Source: Orbicella franksi
Taxonomy: Eukaryota
Direction of reading: 5' to 3'
Assembly (NCBI GenBank): GCA_964199315.1
Contig: OZ116702.1
Location: 21,886,001-21,950,000, forward strand
DNA length: 64,000 nucleotides
The translations under genes were made by a program, and so were the position numbers. This document shows positions 13,801 to 25,580 of the stretch, in pieces. Positions within the stretch are counted from its first letter, which is position 1; every line of letters begins with the position of its first letter. The notes below the pieces were generated by a model. It made no database searches and was not told the DNA's origin. It worked only from the letters and a program-made list of their open reading frames with translations.

Positions 13801-16800
13801 CTCTATTTTGTCAGACATATATTTCGTAATTGTGTGCACAAATAATCTGCTGACTCAATCTGTAGGCATATATGAAGTAATCAGGGGTCAACACTAACGG
13901 TAGCCAACTAGCCACAGACTAGTAGAAATTTAGTTTTGGCTAGTAGGTTTTCGATTCCCACTAGCGACTTTGGCTAGTCAACAAAATGAAATTGGCTGAA
14001 CTAGTTTCTGTCTTCTTCAAGGACGACAGACACAAGATGTACACTTTTCTTGGAAACAATGTCAGAATTTCAATGTGGACATATCATGGTACTGGGCATG
14101 TGCTGTTCAGCACGTATGTCTACTTTTCTGTGGTACGTAAACGGGGAACTGAACATGTTAATTTTGTTGAAAGAAATATTTGACAAACAAGACAGCACAC
14201 ATCAGTGCTCTTTTTTGTTACGAAATTTTTTTCATGCGCAAAATAGTGTGGAACTGCAAAAGGATAACATTTCATTTGGCGTAACAATATATCAGTGATA
14301 CGTCGTGGTATGCATACTTACAAACTTACCACTACAGAAATAATTGGATGAGAAAAATTTAGTTCCTTCGACATTTAAATCAGTTGTTTTTGGCAGTCGA
14401 ATTTTGCCAACGACAGTTTAAAGTATTGTTCAGATAGTTGTTTTGCTTTTGAAACATTTCTACGGCATCTGTCTGTGAAGAAGTCTCAACAGTGACATCT
14501 TGGGGGTCTCGCTATTTTTCCAAGGAAGTCTCAGAGAAAACAGAGTTCTGAAAGTCTTTTCGGGAACTGGAGCTTTTTTGAAACTAGTTTAAGTACAGTA
14601 TAATTATCAACATTATGTATTTAAGAGAGTGGCTTGCGTTTTGCTTTCAAGTCTTGCAAATTCTGTTGTTATTGGACCCACCTGAAATTTTCGTGACATG
14701 TTAACTTTGTGAATTTCGCGATTTAAGACTCGCATAAGTGTTGGGAACATAACACATTATGTTACTGTTGACATGCAGTTCTGCGATTGCATTTTTTTTT
14801 ACTTTTGGCATTATTGCACCTTTGATAAAGTCAGTTTACTAAATTCAAAGATCATGTTTAAGTAACATTGCCTGGGAAACAAATTTTGTGTTACTCAAAA
14901 ATGCAAAAAATACAAATTTTTGCAAAATCGCGAATTAAAGTGTCACGAAATATGCGCACCCCCAAATTGCAAAATAAACCTGTTGCGAAAATTTCAGGTA
15001 ATAAGGTTGCCAACCTCAACACTTGGCAAGTTAAAAACTGTTTTTGGCTAGTAACATCTAAGTAGTCACCAGCCACGTGTCTAGGAAGTTGAAAAGTTAG
15101 TGTCGAGCCCTGGGTAAAAAATATCCTTTAGTTAGCGATTCAATTCTGGAGAAGCTGTCAATTGAAACAAACCATGAATCTGTATGATTTGTGATTTCTA
15201 ACAAGTTTCAAAGCAATTGTGTTGTACAAACAAGATATTCACCACAAAAAGCTAGGTCATCTTGTTGCTTGCTCATAGTGTAAAATCATATTTGTAAAGT
15301 AGTCGACAATTTCACAAATTTGGGTAGACAATGTCCAATGATGACTTTTATTTCCAGCACTGCAAGATGCCCATGGAGTGATATGCAAAAGATAATGATA
15401 TTGTAGTAATCTCTTTAGATCTGAACAAAATTTAATCTTTTCATTCCCTAATGCAGCTGCAACTCTTTCTGTGAAAGCAACATCTCCAAACTGTGACAAA
15501 TGTGCATTATCTGTATTAAAAGAAAGCCCGCCTCAGCCAGTAACAACATATGATCAACCAAAGTACCTGGAGGCAGGACCTAGCAACTCAATACCTGGAC
15601 CAAGTAACATTCCATGTTCTGCAGATCCATGTCCTATCATTGTACGCAATTTACTTTGGCATGCTGTTTACAGGCATCAAAGCACTGATGCAGAGAGCTT
15701 CAGTAGACGGGCTATTGAATCCCTGGTGAAGAAACTAAAAAAGAAATTCTTCGAGCTGGACTCACTGATTGTAGCGATAACTTCTAAGGGACGGCAACCG
15801 TCCAAGTGTGTCACTGTGCAAAGGACCATGGATGGAAGGTTGCAAGTCGGGGACAAGAAAGACTTTCCACATGTCATCTATGCTCGCCTCTGGAGATGGC
15901 CTGATGTACACAAGATGGAGATGCGGCATAAAGAATTTTGCCAGAATGGTTATGATACAAAACGCGAAAAAGTTTGTGTTAACCCATATCATTATGAAAG
16001 AGTTCAGCCACCAGGTATGTGAGAAGCAAATGTTTTGCATGTCATATCATGTTACAGATGTACATTACACCTGAAATAAAGGAGTAATTTATAGTCATTT
16101 TCTTATACTTTATGTATTTATTCTTGAGTTGATTATCAAAATTGGCTAAACAAAGAAGGAGCAAAACTTCACCAAAGGTGAAAATGCTTTAGAGAATAAG
16201 GGGGTCTTTGTTTTAGAGTTTTTTTGGTCTTTGTTTTAGAGTTTTGGGGTCTTGGAATCTTAGGGTCTTTGGGTCTTCATTTTAGAGTTTTTGTTTAAGA
16301 GACACCCCATCACTACATAGGGTTTTGAAACATTGTGTAATGTTTATACCTCTCAGCCACCCTCTTAATTGGTATTTTACCATTTTTGCCATTTCTGCTG
16401 GAGACACCCCTCATCGTACAAAAGTGTACCTTTACGACACACACTACTCTTAGAATTTACTAAGTTTTTATTGATTTTTATTCATAACTAGGTTGTTGAC
16501 AATGAAAGTTTTGCAATTGAACAAACTTCTCAAAATTTTTTATTTCATAAGTATATGTAAACCAAAAAATAATTAAGTTACTAAAGGTAATAGTTGCACA
16601 TATGTGATGCAATGCAGATAAAATGTGAACATAATTTGGCAACAAATAGCGATAATGTTTGCAAGTAATAAGTGAAAATGATGATTGAAAACAGATAGTA
16701 ATAATGGTGTCACATTGTCTTTGTCAAATAACAGGTTACCAGTTTCTACCAAAAGCCTTGTTATTTGTACCCTTTGGGTTTAAAACCAGTGTCCTTAAAA

Positions 16801-17787
16801 AACACTGTTTCTTCATCTAAAACCACCAATTTCTCTGGCTAGAGCTCAGTTGATAGTCTTTTAGTGATATTCTTTATATTGTGGAATGCAAAATACATAT
16901 TAGACCAGGTCACCAATATCATAGTTATTTAAAAGGGATGCACGTTTTTTGTGATTTTGTGTCACAAACAATACAAGAAACAAAATACATCATTAGTGGT
17001 CAAATTAACAGATTCCATGTTGTTTCTTTGTTTTTATGGCTTTGTTTCATTATTTAATAGATGAATGAATGACATTCCAACTTGCATGTGTTAACTCATA
17101 TGTGTACATGTTTTCAGCTGTTATCTTGATTGTTCCTTCTTGTTTCAAAAACGTAGACTAGGTTTCATCGCCTTTATAACATGGTAACTTAAAGAGCATG
17201 CAATTAAGTATAAGCTCCCAATATTTGCACTGTTAATTAACATCCTTCATTATTGCTCCCGATGCTAAATGGATCTGCAGGTGTTTTCTGAGCCACCATG
17301 AGGCCTAACACAATAATCTGCTGTGTTTTGTCGCCTTATCAAAATAATACTGATCAACTGTCCATAAATGACCAAGTTGTATTAATTTTGACTTCTTGTA
17401 AAACACTTCAGATTAATATCCCTCTTCTGGATTTTACTCATCTGTCACACTACACTCTTGAAACAGTTTCTTTCCAGTGTGAAAATATAAACTTGTGGCC
17501 TTAATTTATTTGTGTCCATTCCTCCTCCCCCTCTGGAATATCCCTAGGCTCTGAGAAGGAAGCCTTATTCACCTACTGGCATGAAGAGAGATGATGGTGA
17601 TGATGATGATAACCCCACCCCACCCCACCCCTCCAGAATTTGCCATTGTCCTCTTTAGTTGGGGTATCAATATTTTCTGGGTCTACACAATTCTCTGAGT
17701 AGAATCCACTCTCTTTGTTCTAAAACTGGCTTAAAATATATATACATAGAAGGCCGAAACAGTACTGTCTGCAGTTAGTTAGTTATA

Positions 17788-17824
<37 letters not shown>

Positions 17825-20800
17825 GCAGGAGACAGAAGTCAGTATTGTACAATTTTAATTTCTTGTAAGATGATAGAATATGGTTTTTAATTTCAAGTGT
17901 TGCTGTTTTTGTTTTTAGATTGGTTCAGAGCTTCTTTGTATGGAAATTCACATAAATCACATAGCAGTTCAGGTTTGATTTGTTTTTCAAATTTGTTAAC
18001 AAATTTTGATATGGTTAAATTTAATATAAAAACTGGTTGAAAATTTCTGAACTTATATTTAGTGCAGAAATGTGAGCCAATTGGATATCAAATGCAACAT
18101 GGTTTTGTAGCCAGTTTTTGTTAGAAGATACATTTTGGCAATGTTTGCACTTGAAATGAACTGAATCTGTACTTGCCCAATATACTTTACAAATTCAACC
18201 ACTCACAAAACATTCCTGTAAATCAATTTTTCTGGCCATTATTTATGGGTGTGGATGTTGGCATAAACACATTCAAATTTTGTTTGAGGTGTGGAAGAGA
18301 TTTGGTCAGCAAAGGAATGTTTTGTTGTGTATAATGTTTGTAGCTTGAGCATCTTCAGGATACAGGCAAGAATTTATTAATAAGCAAACTGACAGTGTAG
18401 ACAACATGAAAATGTTTTGCAGTAACGTTAAAGCATATACTGATTCCAACTTGGGCATTTCAGATTTTAGCCTTTAATAAATGTTTTTCAACTATGTGCT
18501 ATGTCCATATTTTGTGTGCCTTTTTTAACTTTTTGTTACATTTTTTGTACAAACAGAAGTAGACAGCAGCCATAAGAGTGATGAGGTAAGGAATTCACTT
18601 AGTACATGTTTACAGTCCCAGGTGTTTAGTCCTCAGGGTGCAAGCCTGAATACTTTGGCTATTATTTTTCATCAGGGTTCTGGTATCTTGCTGTGGTTTT
18701 GCTGTTTGCCATAATTTTTACAAATCATCATAACAAAAAAACAGGCACAATTGATGTTGGCCATAGTATCGGACATTGTTGGGGCTTATCCTGATTTTTG
18801 TACCATGAAGTGACAAGGGATATTTCTACTTAGCCCCCTTGGATGGGATGTTAGTCTCCCCAGTGCCAACTTTGTAAGTACCGTTTTATAGACCTGGCTG
18901 GGGAAAGGCACAGTGAGAGTAAAAGTGTCATGTCCAAGAACACAACAAAGTGATCTCTAGCAATGGACCAAACCTGGACCACTTGATCCAGAGTCTAGCA
19001 TGATAACCATTAGGGTATTTCATATTGCCGACCTCGAGAGAAGGATCCAAATATTTTTGCAGTTCTTACACACAGCATTTGTTATTTAATTACTAACACA
19101 GTGCATAATAGAGAGGCATGGTGACCACTTGGTTAGTGCACTTGTCTCCAGATTGAGCAGTGTGGGTTTGAGTCCTGGCCTGGGACATTGTGTTATGTTC
19201 TTGAGCAAGACACTTAACTCACACAGTGCCTCTCTCCACAATGGACTAGCATCCCATCCAAGGGGGAGTAGAAATACTCCTAGTCACTTCACTGAAACTG
19301 GAGATAAGTGCCAGCCTGATGGGCCACTTGGCTTGTCTACAGACTTAGCCTTTACCTTACAGTGCATAATATCTGCAGTGTGTATTCTGTTGACTTAAAG
19401 CTCAGCTTATATGCTCAAAGCTAATGAACCCATCCTTTTTCAGGACACAAATGGAGGATCGTTATCAAATGAAAATAGTTTGGGCGAGAAAAATAATTGT
19501 TTCTGTCCGCATACCAATTCTTCTCAAGGAAGGAAGAGACCAGAAATTCAAGATTCAAGTTTTTTCAACTCCAGATTAAAGCGAAAAGCTGATTTTGATG
19601 GAAACAGGTATTGATTTTCTATTTCTTGTTTGACTAGATTAAGGAAAGTTATGTAAGTGTTTTCATAGCCTGTGAGTGAGTGATTATTTTTAGTCTCTCA
19701 GACTCGCTTAATTGTTTTCGTGATAACATAAAGCAACCATTATAGAATGTATGGCTAAACTCGGACTTAAGGTTCATAGTTTGACAGTTTTTACAGTGCT
19801 GCATGCTGCACTGTACCATTGGCACTTAAGATGACGTTTTGGAATGAGATTATGATAACAAAAACATTTCAAACATATTTTTTGGGTTATGTTTTAATTT
19901 GTCAATAAATTGCAAAACATGAGGGAGGCAGAGTGAACTGCCACCTCTAACAGTCCTTGCACATGGATTAGCCAGTTCAAATAGTGGCCATACGAATTTC
20001 ATCAAAAAGATGTCAAAAAGTGTCAAACATTTAATCAAAACTATTTCAAGTGGGAACATTGTGGCATGCAGCACTTTAACCTTTCATAGCAACATAAATG
20101 AAATAATCAGTTAGCAATATTGAACTCATCAAGCACCAAATTCTTAAGTTATTCTCAAAAGCAATGTGCCACAGTTAGGAGAATGAACATTTCCAGCTTG
20201 TGTTATTTTTTCACTCATAACAGGACAATGTCAGCTTGCTCATCAGTTAGTTACTCTAGTGATAGTGATGAAGATATCGACATTGAAGCAGATTCACCAA
20301 AAAGAACAAAGGTAATGACCAAAAAAAAGATGTTAAAAAACAGTTTTGGTGCCCATCATGTGACCCTTACTTTACAGTGAAATAACCCCAACTGGTATTT
20401 CATTTTGCTTCAAGTGTTACTGAGCTTGTGGAGCCTTGTGGATGGATTCTAGAGATGTTATGATCCATTAGAAAGTGTAACAGCTGGCTATATTTTTGCA
20501 GATAGTTTAATTGAACAAGGTTTTCTTCTTATATTCTTATATTTTTATTATTCTTAGTCTTTTATTCTGATTTTTACAGATTCGTTATTTTATTAGTTAG
20601 TTTATTTTACTCATGCTTTATATATTTCTATGTTTCTTTATTAATTTTTATCGGTGAGATCTTTTAAAACTCATTGTAAAGCACTATTGGATAGTAATAG
20701 AAATAGCGCTATATAAATAAAGTATTAAAATTATTATTATAACAATAATTATGTCACAAACTATTAANNNNNNNNNNNNNNNNNNNNNNNNNNNNNNNNN

Positions 20801-23800
20801 NNNNNNNNNNNNNNNNNNNNNNNNNNNNNNNNNNNNNNNNNNNNNNNNNNNNNNNNNNNNNNNNNNNNNNNNNNNNNNNNNNNNNNNNNNNNNNNTTAAA
20901 ACAATTTTAACTCTTCTTCGAGTACTTAGTTGAATTGTTCCATTCAGTGTTTTAATTTCAGCTTTCTCCAAGTGAAATTTCTGAGAAACGAAGTCCACTT
21001 GCAGTAGATGAGAGATTGAATAATTCTGATGGTACACCAAATTGTGTTTCACAAAGGTGAGTTGTTAGGTGTGCACTATTTATTCTAATGGTGGTATATA
21101 ATTCTCTGGTGTACTTCCTTGTATAAGAATAAGAGCTACGTAGTTCAAGTAGTCTAGTTGTGTTTGAAGTGGCAGTAAGAAAAAGAAAGCCAAGAAAGGG
21201 AAATGAAATGTCTAGAGCATTTATCCATTAACTTTGCACATTGTTTGTATCATTTCAGAGTACGTTGTGCCTTGTGTAACTGTGTGAATAACAGTGTGTT
21301 AGGACAGGGAGACCTGATATGTTTCGGCAGAATATCATCTGGCTTTCAAAGACACTCTAGAAGTCCACAACGACAACAACAGAATGTTACCTCAGCTTAC
21401 CGACACTCTCATTACCCCACTGCTGGTGGTTCACATCCTTCCCAGGGAAGGAAAAGCCCCCGTGATGGAGAGTTTCAAGATCACAGGCAATATTCCTGGA
21501 CATACAGGGCTGAGGCTGCTAACTCAACAGTGCACCTGAGCCCTCAGATCCACGGGGAAGCACCTGGCAGGTACTGACACTTACTACAACATTTCAGCTC
21601 CCACTTTCATGCTTTACACATGAACTAAAGCCTTTTCCATCCCTGCAAATAAATAGTACAGTCTGAGCTGAACCTTTAAAGTCCAGATTCCATGGCAATG
21701 TGGAACATTTCTGCCTCTTGCTGAGGAATGGGGTGCAAACATTCAGACTAAGGGGAGGGGAGGACTCCCATGTGAAAGGTCAGGGATGCTGGTCAGGCAG
21801 CTGGTCCTTCCTAGTGTAGAAATGAGTACTGGCAGATTAGTGGGGAAAAAAATTGGCCCAAATGTTGGGAAGTAATCTGTGATGGAAGAGGGTTTCATTG
21901 CTTTGATACTAGTTGTAATTTACATTAACTTACAAATGCATTTTGTTGGCTGACCCCCAATAAATTGTTCATCACACTTGTTGACCTGTAGTTTGTAGAA
22001 AAGCTCCTGAAAAACTTAAAATGTGATTATGCTTCATTGACTCTCTTAATTCATCTCTTTACATCTTAATTGCACACTAGAATCCCTGATGGAAAATCCA
22101 GCACAATAAACAATTCTACCAACAGCAGGCAGTCACCAGCTCCCCATGAAGATCTTTCCAGTGTTGGGTTTGAAGAGGAGCCAGATCTGGTTGATTTGTG
22201 CAACGTGTCTGGTTATGTATGGGTGCATGATAGGTGTGCGGCATGGACACTGGCCTCCTTAGCAACCAAGTCATCAGTAGAGTTTACAATAGACTTAACA
22301 AGTCAGATTCTATCAAAGGTTTGTTGATGTTACTTGTAGGTTATCTCTAGCTTCAGTTGTGAGTTTCCTTACTCTTTGTACAGCATCATTGTACAGACAG
22401 TACCTATTAGTTTGTGTTTCTGTTTATTCTCATCATCTATCTGCTTTAAACTGTATTGACTTAGTATCTGGAATTAGATGAAGATAAAAAAAGCTTTATG
22501 GTTGAAATGACTTGCCACAAGCATGGGACAAAGAAAAAAAATCTGAGTCTCCAATAGGATTCAAACCCATGACCTCCCAGATACTGGTTGGACACTCTAA
22601 CCACTGAGCTACAGAGAGACTCTTGGTCTGCCAGGCCATTTCATTAGGGGCGCGATCCATTCAACCAAAATTTCCAGAAATTTTGGTCTAAAACTGAATG
22701 GATTGGTTCGGTCCAACTGAAAAAGTTTTGAAAAAGTTGGCCTACCCTTTGGGGTGGACCACTTTTCTTCGTTGGACTGATCCGATTGAAATTGACTGTT
22801 CCGTTTGACCTTTCTGATCCATTCTCAATCTCAGTACCTCGCTGTTCGGTACTTTCGAAGTTCAACATTGAAGAAAACAATTATCATTGCAGCTTTTATG
22901 GATTGTTAACAGCGGATTTATCTGTGTTACTCGTACATCCATGTGCAGTAACAACAGTTGCATAGCTATGTTATGCAGTGTATGTTGTGGCTGTTAAAAA
23001 TCATGAATGGTCTATTTCCCGAGAGAATTTCATTATTGGAAAATAGTTTTTGAAGATCTTTGAACTCAACCGGCAAAAACATGGGAACAGTCTGCTCAAA
23101 ATAACCTCTTATATGGGTTAAATTTCTATGCATGAAATGGCTTACACAATATCATTGAAAAAATTGAAATAGTCATCTAAACTCTAACACAAGCAACAGT
23201 GATCCAACATCTGCCATTTTAAATGAGTGTGAAACTCTTTTTGTGAGTGGAATGAAATGAGCCCTTCTGGACCCGTTGCGATCCATTTGCCCCCAAGAAA
23301 TTTTTGAACCTCAATTTGGTTGAATGGATTGTGCCCTAGGTTCATCTGGGAAACATATCCTGCAACTGCTAGGATCAGCATTGTCAAAAGTGTAGCATGT
23401 GATGAGTGAAAGATTCTTTAAGGCTTTTTTTCTTTTTCCTAATGACTGTACTAGTGTCCCACATAAAAAGTCACACAACTTCTCATTACCGGTATTCTTT
23501 TTTGCAGAAGTGTTCTTTTTGTGGTCGTTTTGGTGCTAGTGTTGTATGTGAGATGTCAGATTGTGGAAGAATATACCACTACCCTTGTGCAATGGCTGCT
23601 AGGACATATCAGGTCAGCACTACATCTTGGCCTAATGATAAGTTAGTCAGATTCAGAATAAAAAGATCCTGTTTTTTTTTGTAACAAAAACTAAAAACCA
23701 AAACAAACAAGTAAAAAACAAAACACAAAAAAGTTCCCATCATCTTGCCATGTGACACACCCATGGTAGATAGTTTGGGATATTTTATTTCAGTTTTTTT

Positions 23801-25514
23801 GTAGAGCATTTTCTTTCTCATAGTTTTTCCTTGCCACCAGGCTTTTAGCCAGAATTTTAGCCAGGGTTTGAAAAGTGGGCATCCAAAATATGCTGTAGGG
23901 ACTTCCCAAAGGAACAAATTATAAAGCAAAATCTGAAAAATAAAACAATTTTTTTTACTAAATGGTTGTCCCCAGGATGGCTGGACACCCATTTGGCTAA
24001 AAGCCTGTTTGCCACCAACCTGTCCAGAAGTTTGCAACATTTGAGAGGTGAAGTGACGGAGAAGCTTATTCTCTCTCTTTTCTCTCATAGTAAAAATTAG
24101 GTTTTGTCATTTGAAGGATCCATCTGGTGTTTTGTTTGTATTGCAGGATATGAAAACTATGAAACTGTACTGTTTGAATCATGAAGATGTTATCAGAAGA
24201 ATAGGTGAGCTGATGAATTACATTCTATCATTGGTGTATCAAAGATAGGAAATGGAGTACATATAAATGGGTGAAAGATTAAAGAGAAAGAGATCTTAGT
24301 TTGTAATTTTACAAACTCTCTGCCAATGTTCTCATTCAAATCCAAATGGTGGAGCTGGAAAATTACAATTAATTTTCTTATGCTGTGTTTGACTTCCAGC
24401 ATTCTGTGACAAATGTCATCAAGGTGGTGAATTATCACAACTGCTACTCTGCACAAAATGTACCTGCCATTATCACAGTTACTGCTGTTCACCTCCTGTT
24501 CGTGCTACAGAGTCTGTCAGGGTGGGCTGGGAATGTGCTCAGTGCAAGTCTTGTCAGGCTTGCAGGTGAGTTTTTAAATACAGTGGAACCCCTATTAAGT
24601 GGCCACCCTCAGGGAAATGGGAGGTGGCTGCATAATACGGGTTGGTGTACCTTGAATATTTTTCACCATCGTGTTAATTTCTTGGTGAACATGGAGTCAC
24701 TTCAAGGCAACATGATAAATGTGTGTTTGAATCTTTTTATCACTCGTCATCTATCTCGGACTCTTATCTGCCGTTGCCTTTTCCAAAACAAAGTTTTTAA
24801 ATTTTGGGTGGCTGTTTAATAGGGGTAAAGACAATAGAAAAACCCTCATCTGGATGACCAGAAGGTGGTTGTGGCTGCTTAATAGAGGTGGCCAGTTAAT
24901 AGGGGTTTTATTCACAGTATTTTACTGACAATAATTTTGGGACTTTGATAACTCACTGCTTAACAAGGGGTGGCTGCTTAATAGTTGGCAGCTTAATAGA
25001 GGTTTGACTGTATGCAATTTAACAGTTACTGGTTTACTATGAATGACGGTATGTTAGATGTGTCTATCTTTGTTGATAGAAAGAGTGCTTTTAGTATTTG
25101 CTCAGCTCAAAGTATGAAGTGCGAGAGATATTTGAACCCTTAGATAAAGCCTTGGTAAGGGGTGCTGAATGGTAAATACGAGACTTTGTGAGAAGGCGAG
25201 ACTAGTAAGCCTCCATCCCGTCGCTCCTGGGGACAAAAGCGTTTTATTTACAATGCCGTTAATGAATGGAACACTTTACCCGATGAAATTAGGAACAGTA
25301 TCAGTATTTTTAATTTTAAAAGTCGAAGTAGGGGTATTTCTTAATTTTTAATTATCATTTTTTTTTTTTTACTGTTTTCTATATTTCTATTAGTACAATG
25401 GTTAAATGTTATTATTATTTTTAATCTACTATTTCTTTAGCTTTTGCAATTTTATTTTTGCAGGGCCCCACTGAAAACCACATGTATGTGAAGTGGGCTC
25501 CCTGTTGAAAGATC

Positions 25515-25580
<66 letters not shown>

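Noticed and set aside
15337-15424. Possible C/D-box snoRNA (ATGATGA...CTGA) upstream of exon 2
   Set aside because: The terminal stem is weak, I could not recognise an rRNA-complementary guide, and it is too close to the acceptor. Such boxes arise often by chance in AT-rich DNA.
7409-16014. Calling the MH1 exons an ordinary SMAD4 gene
   Set aside because: There are two MH1 domains, and I found no MH2-encoding exon or SAD region anywhere downstream in the window.
22560-22615. tRNA gene
   Set aside because: The tRNA-like A and B boxes are degenerate, there is no cloverleaf acceptor stem, and it continues into a SINE body.
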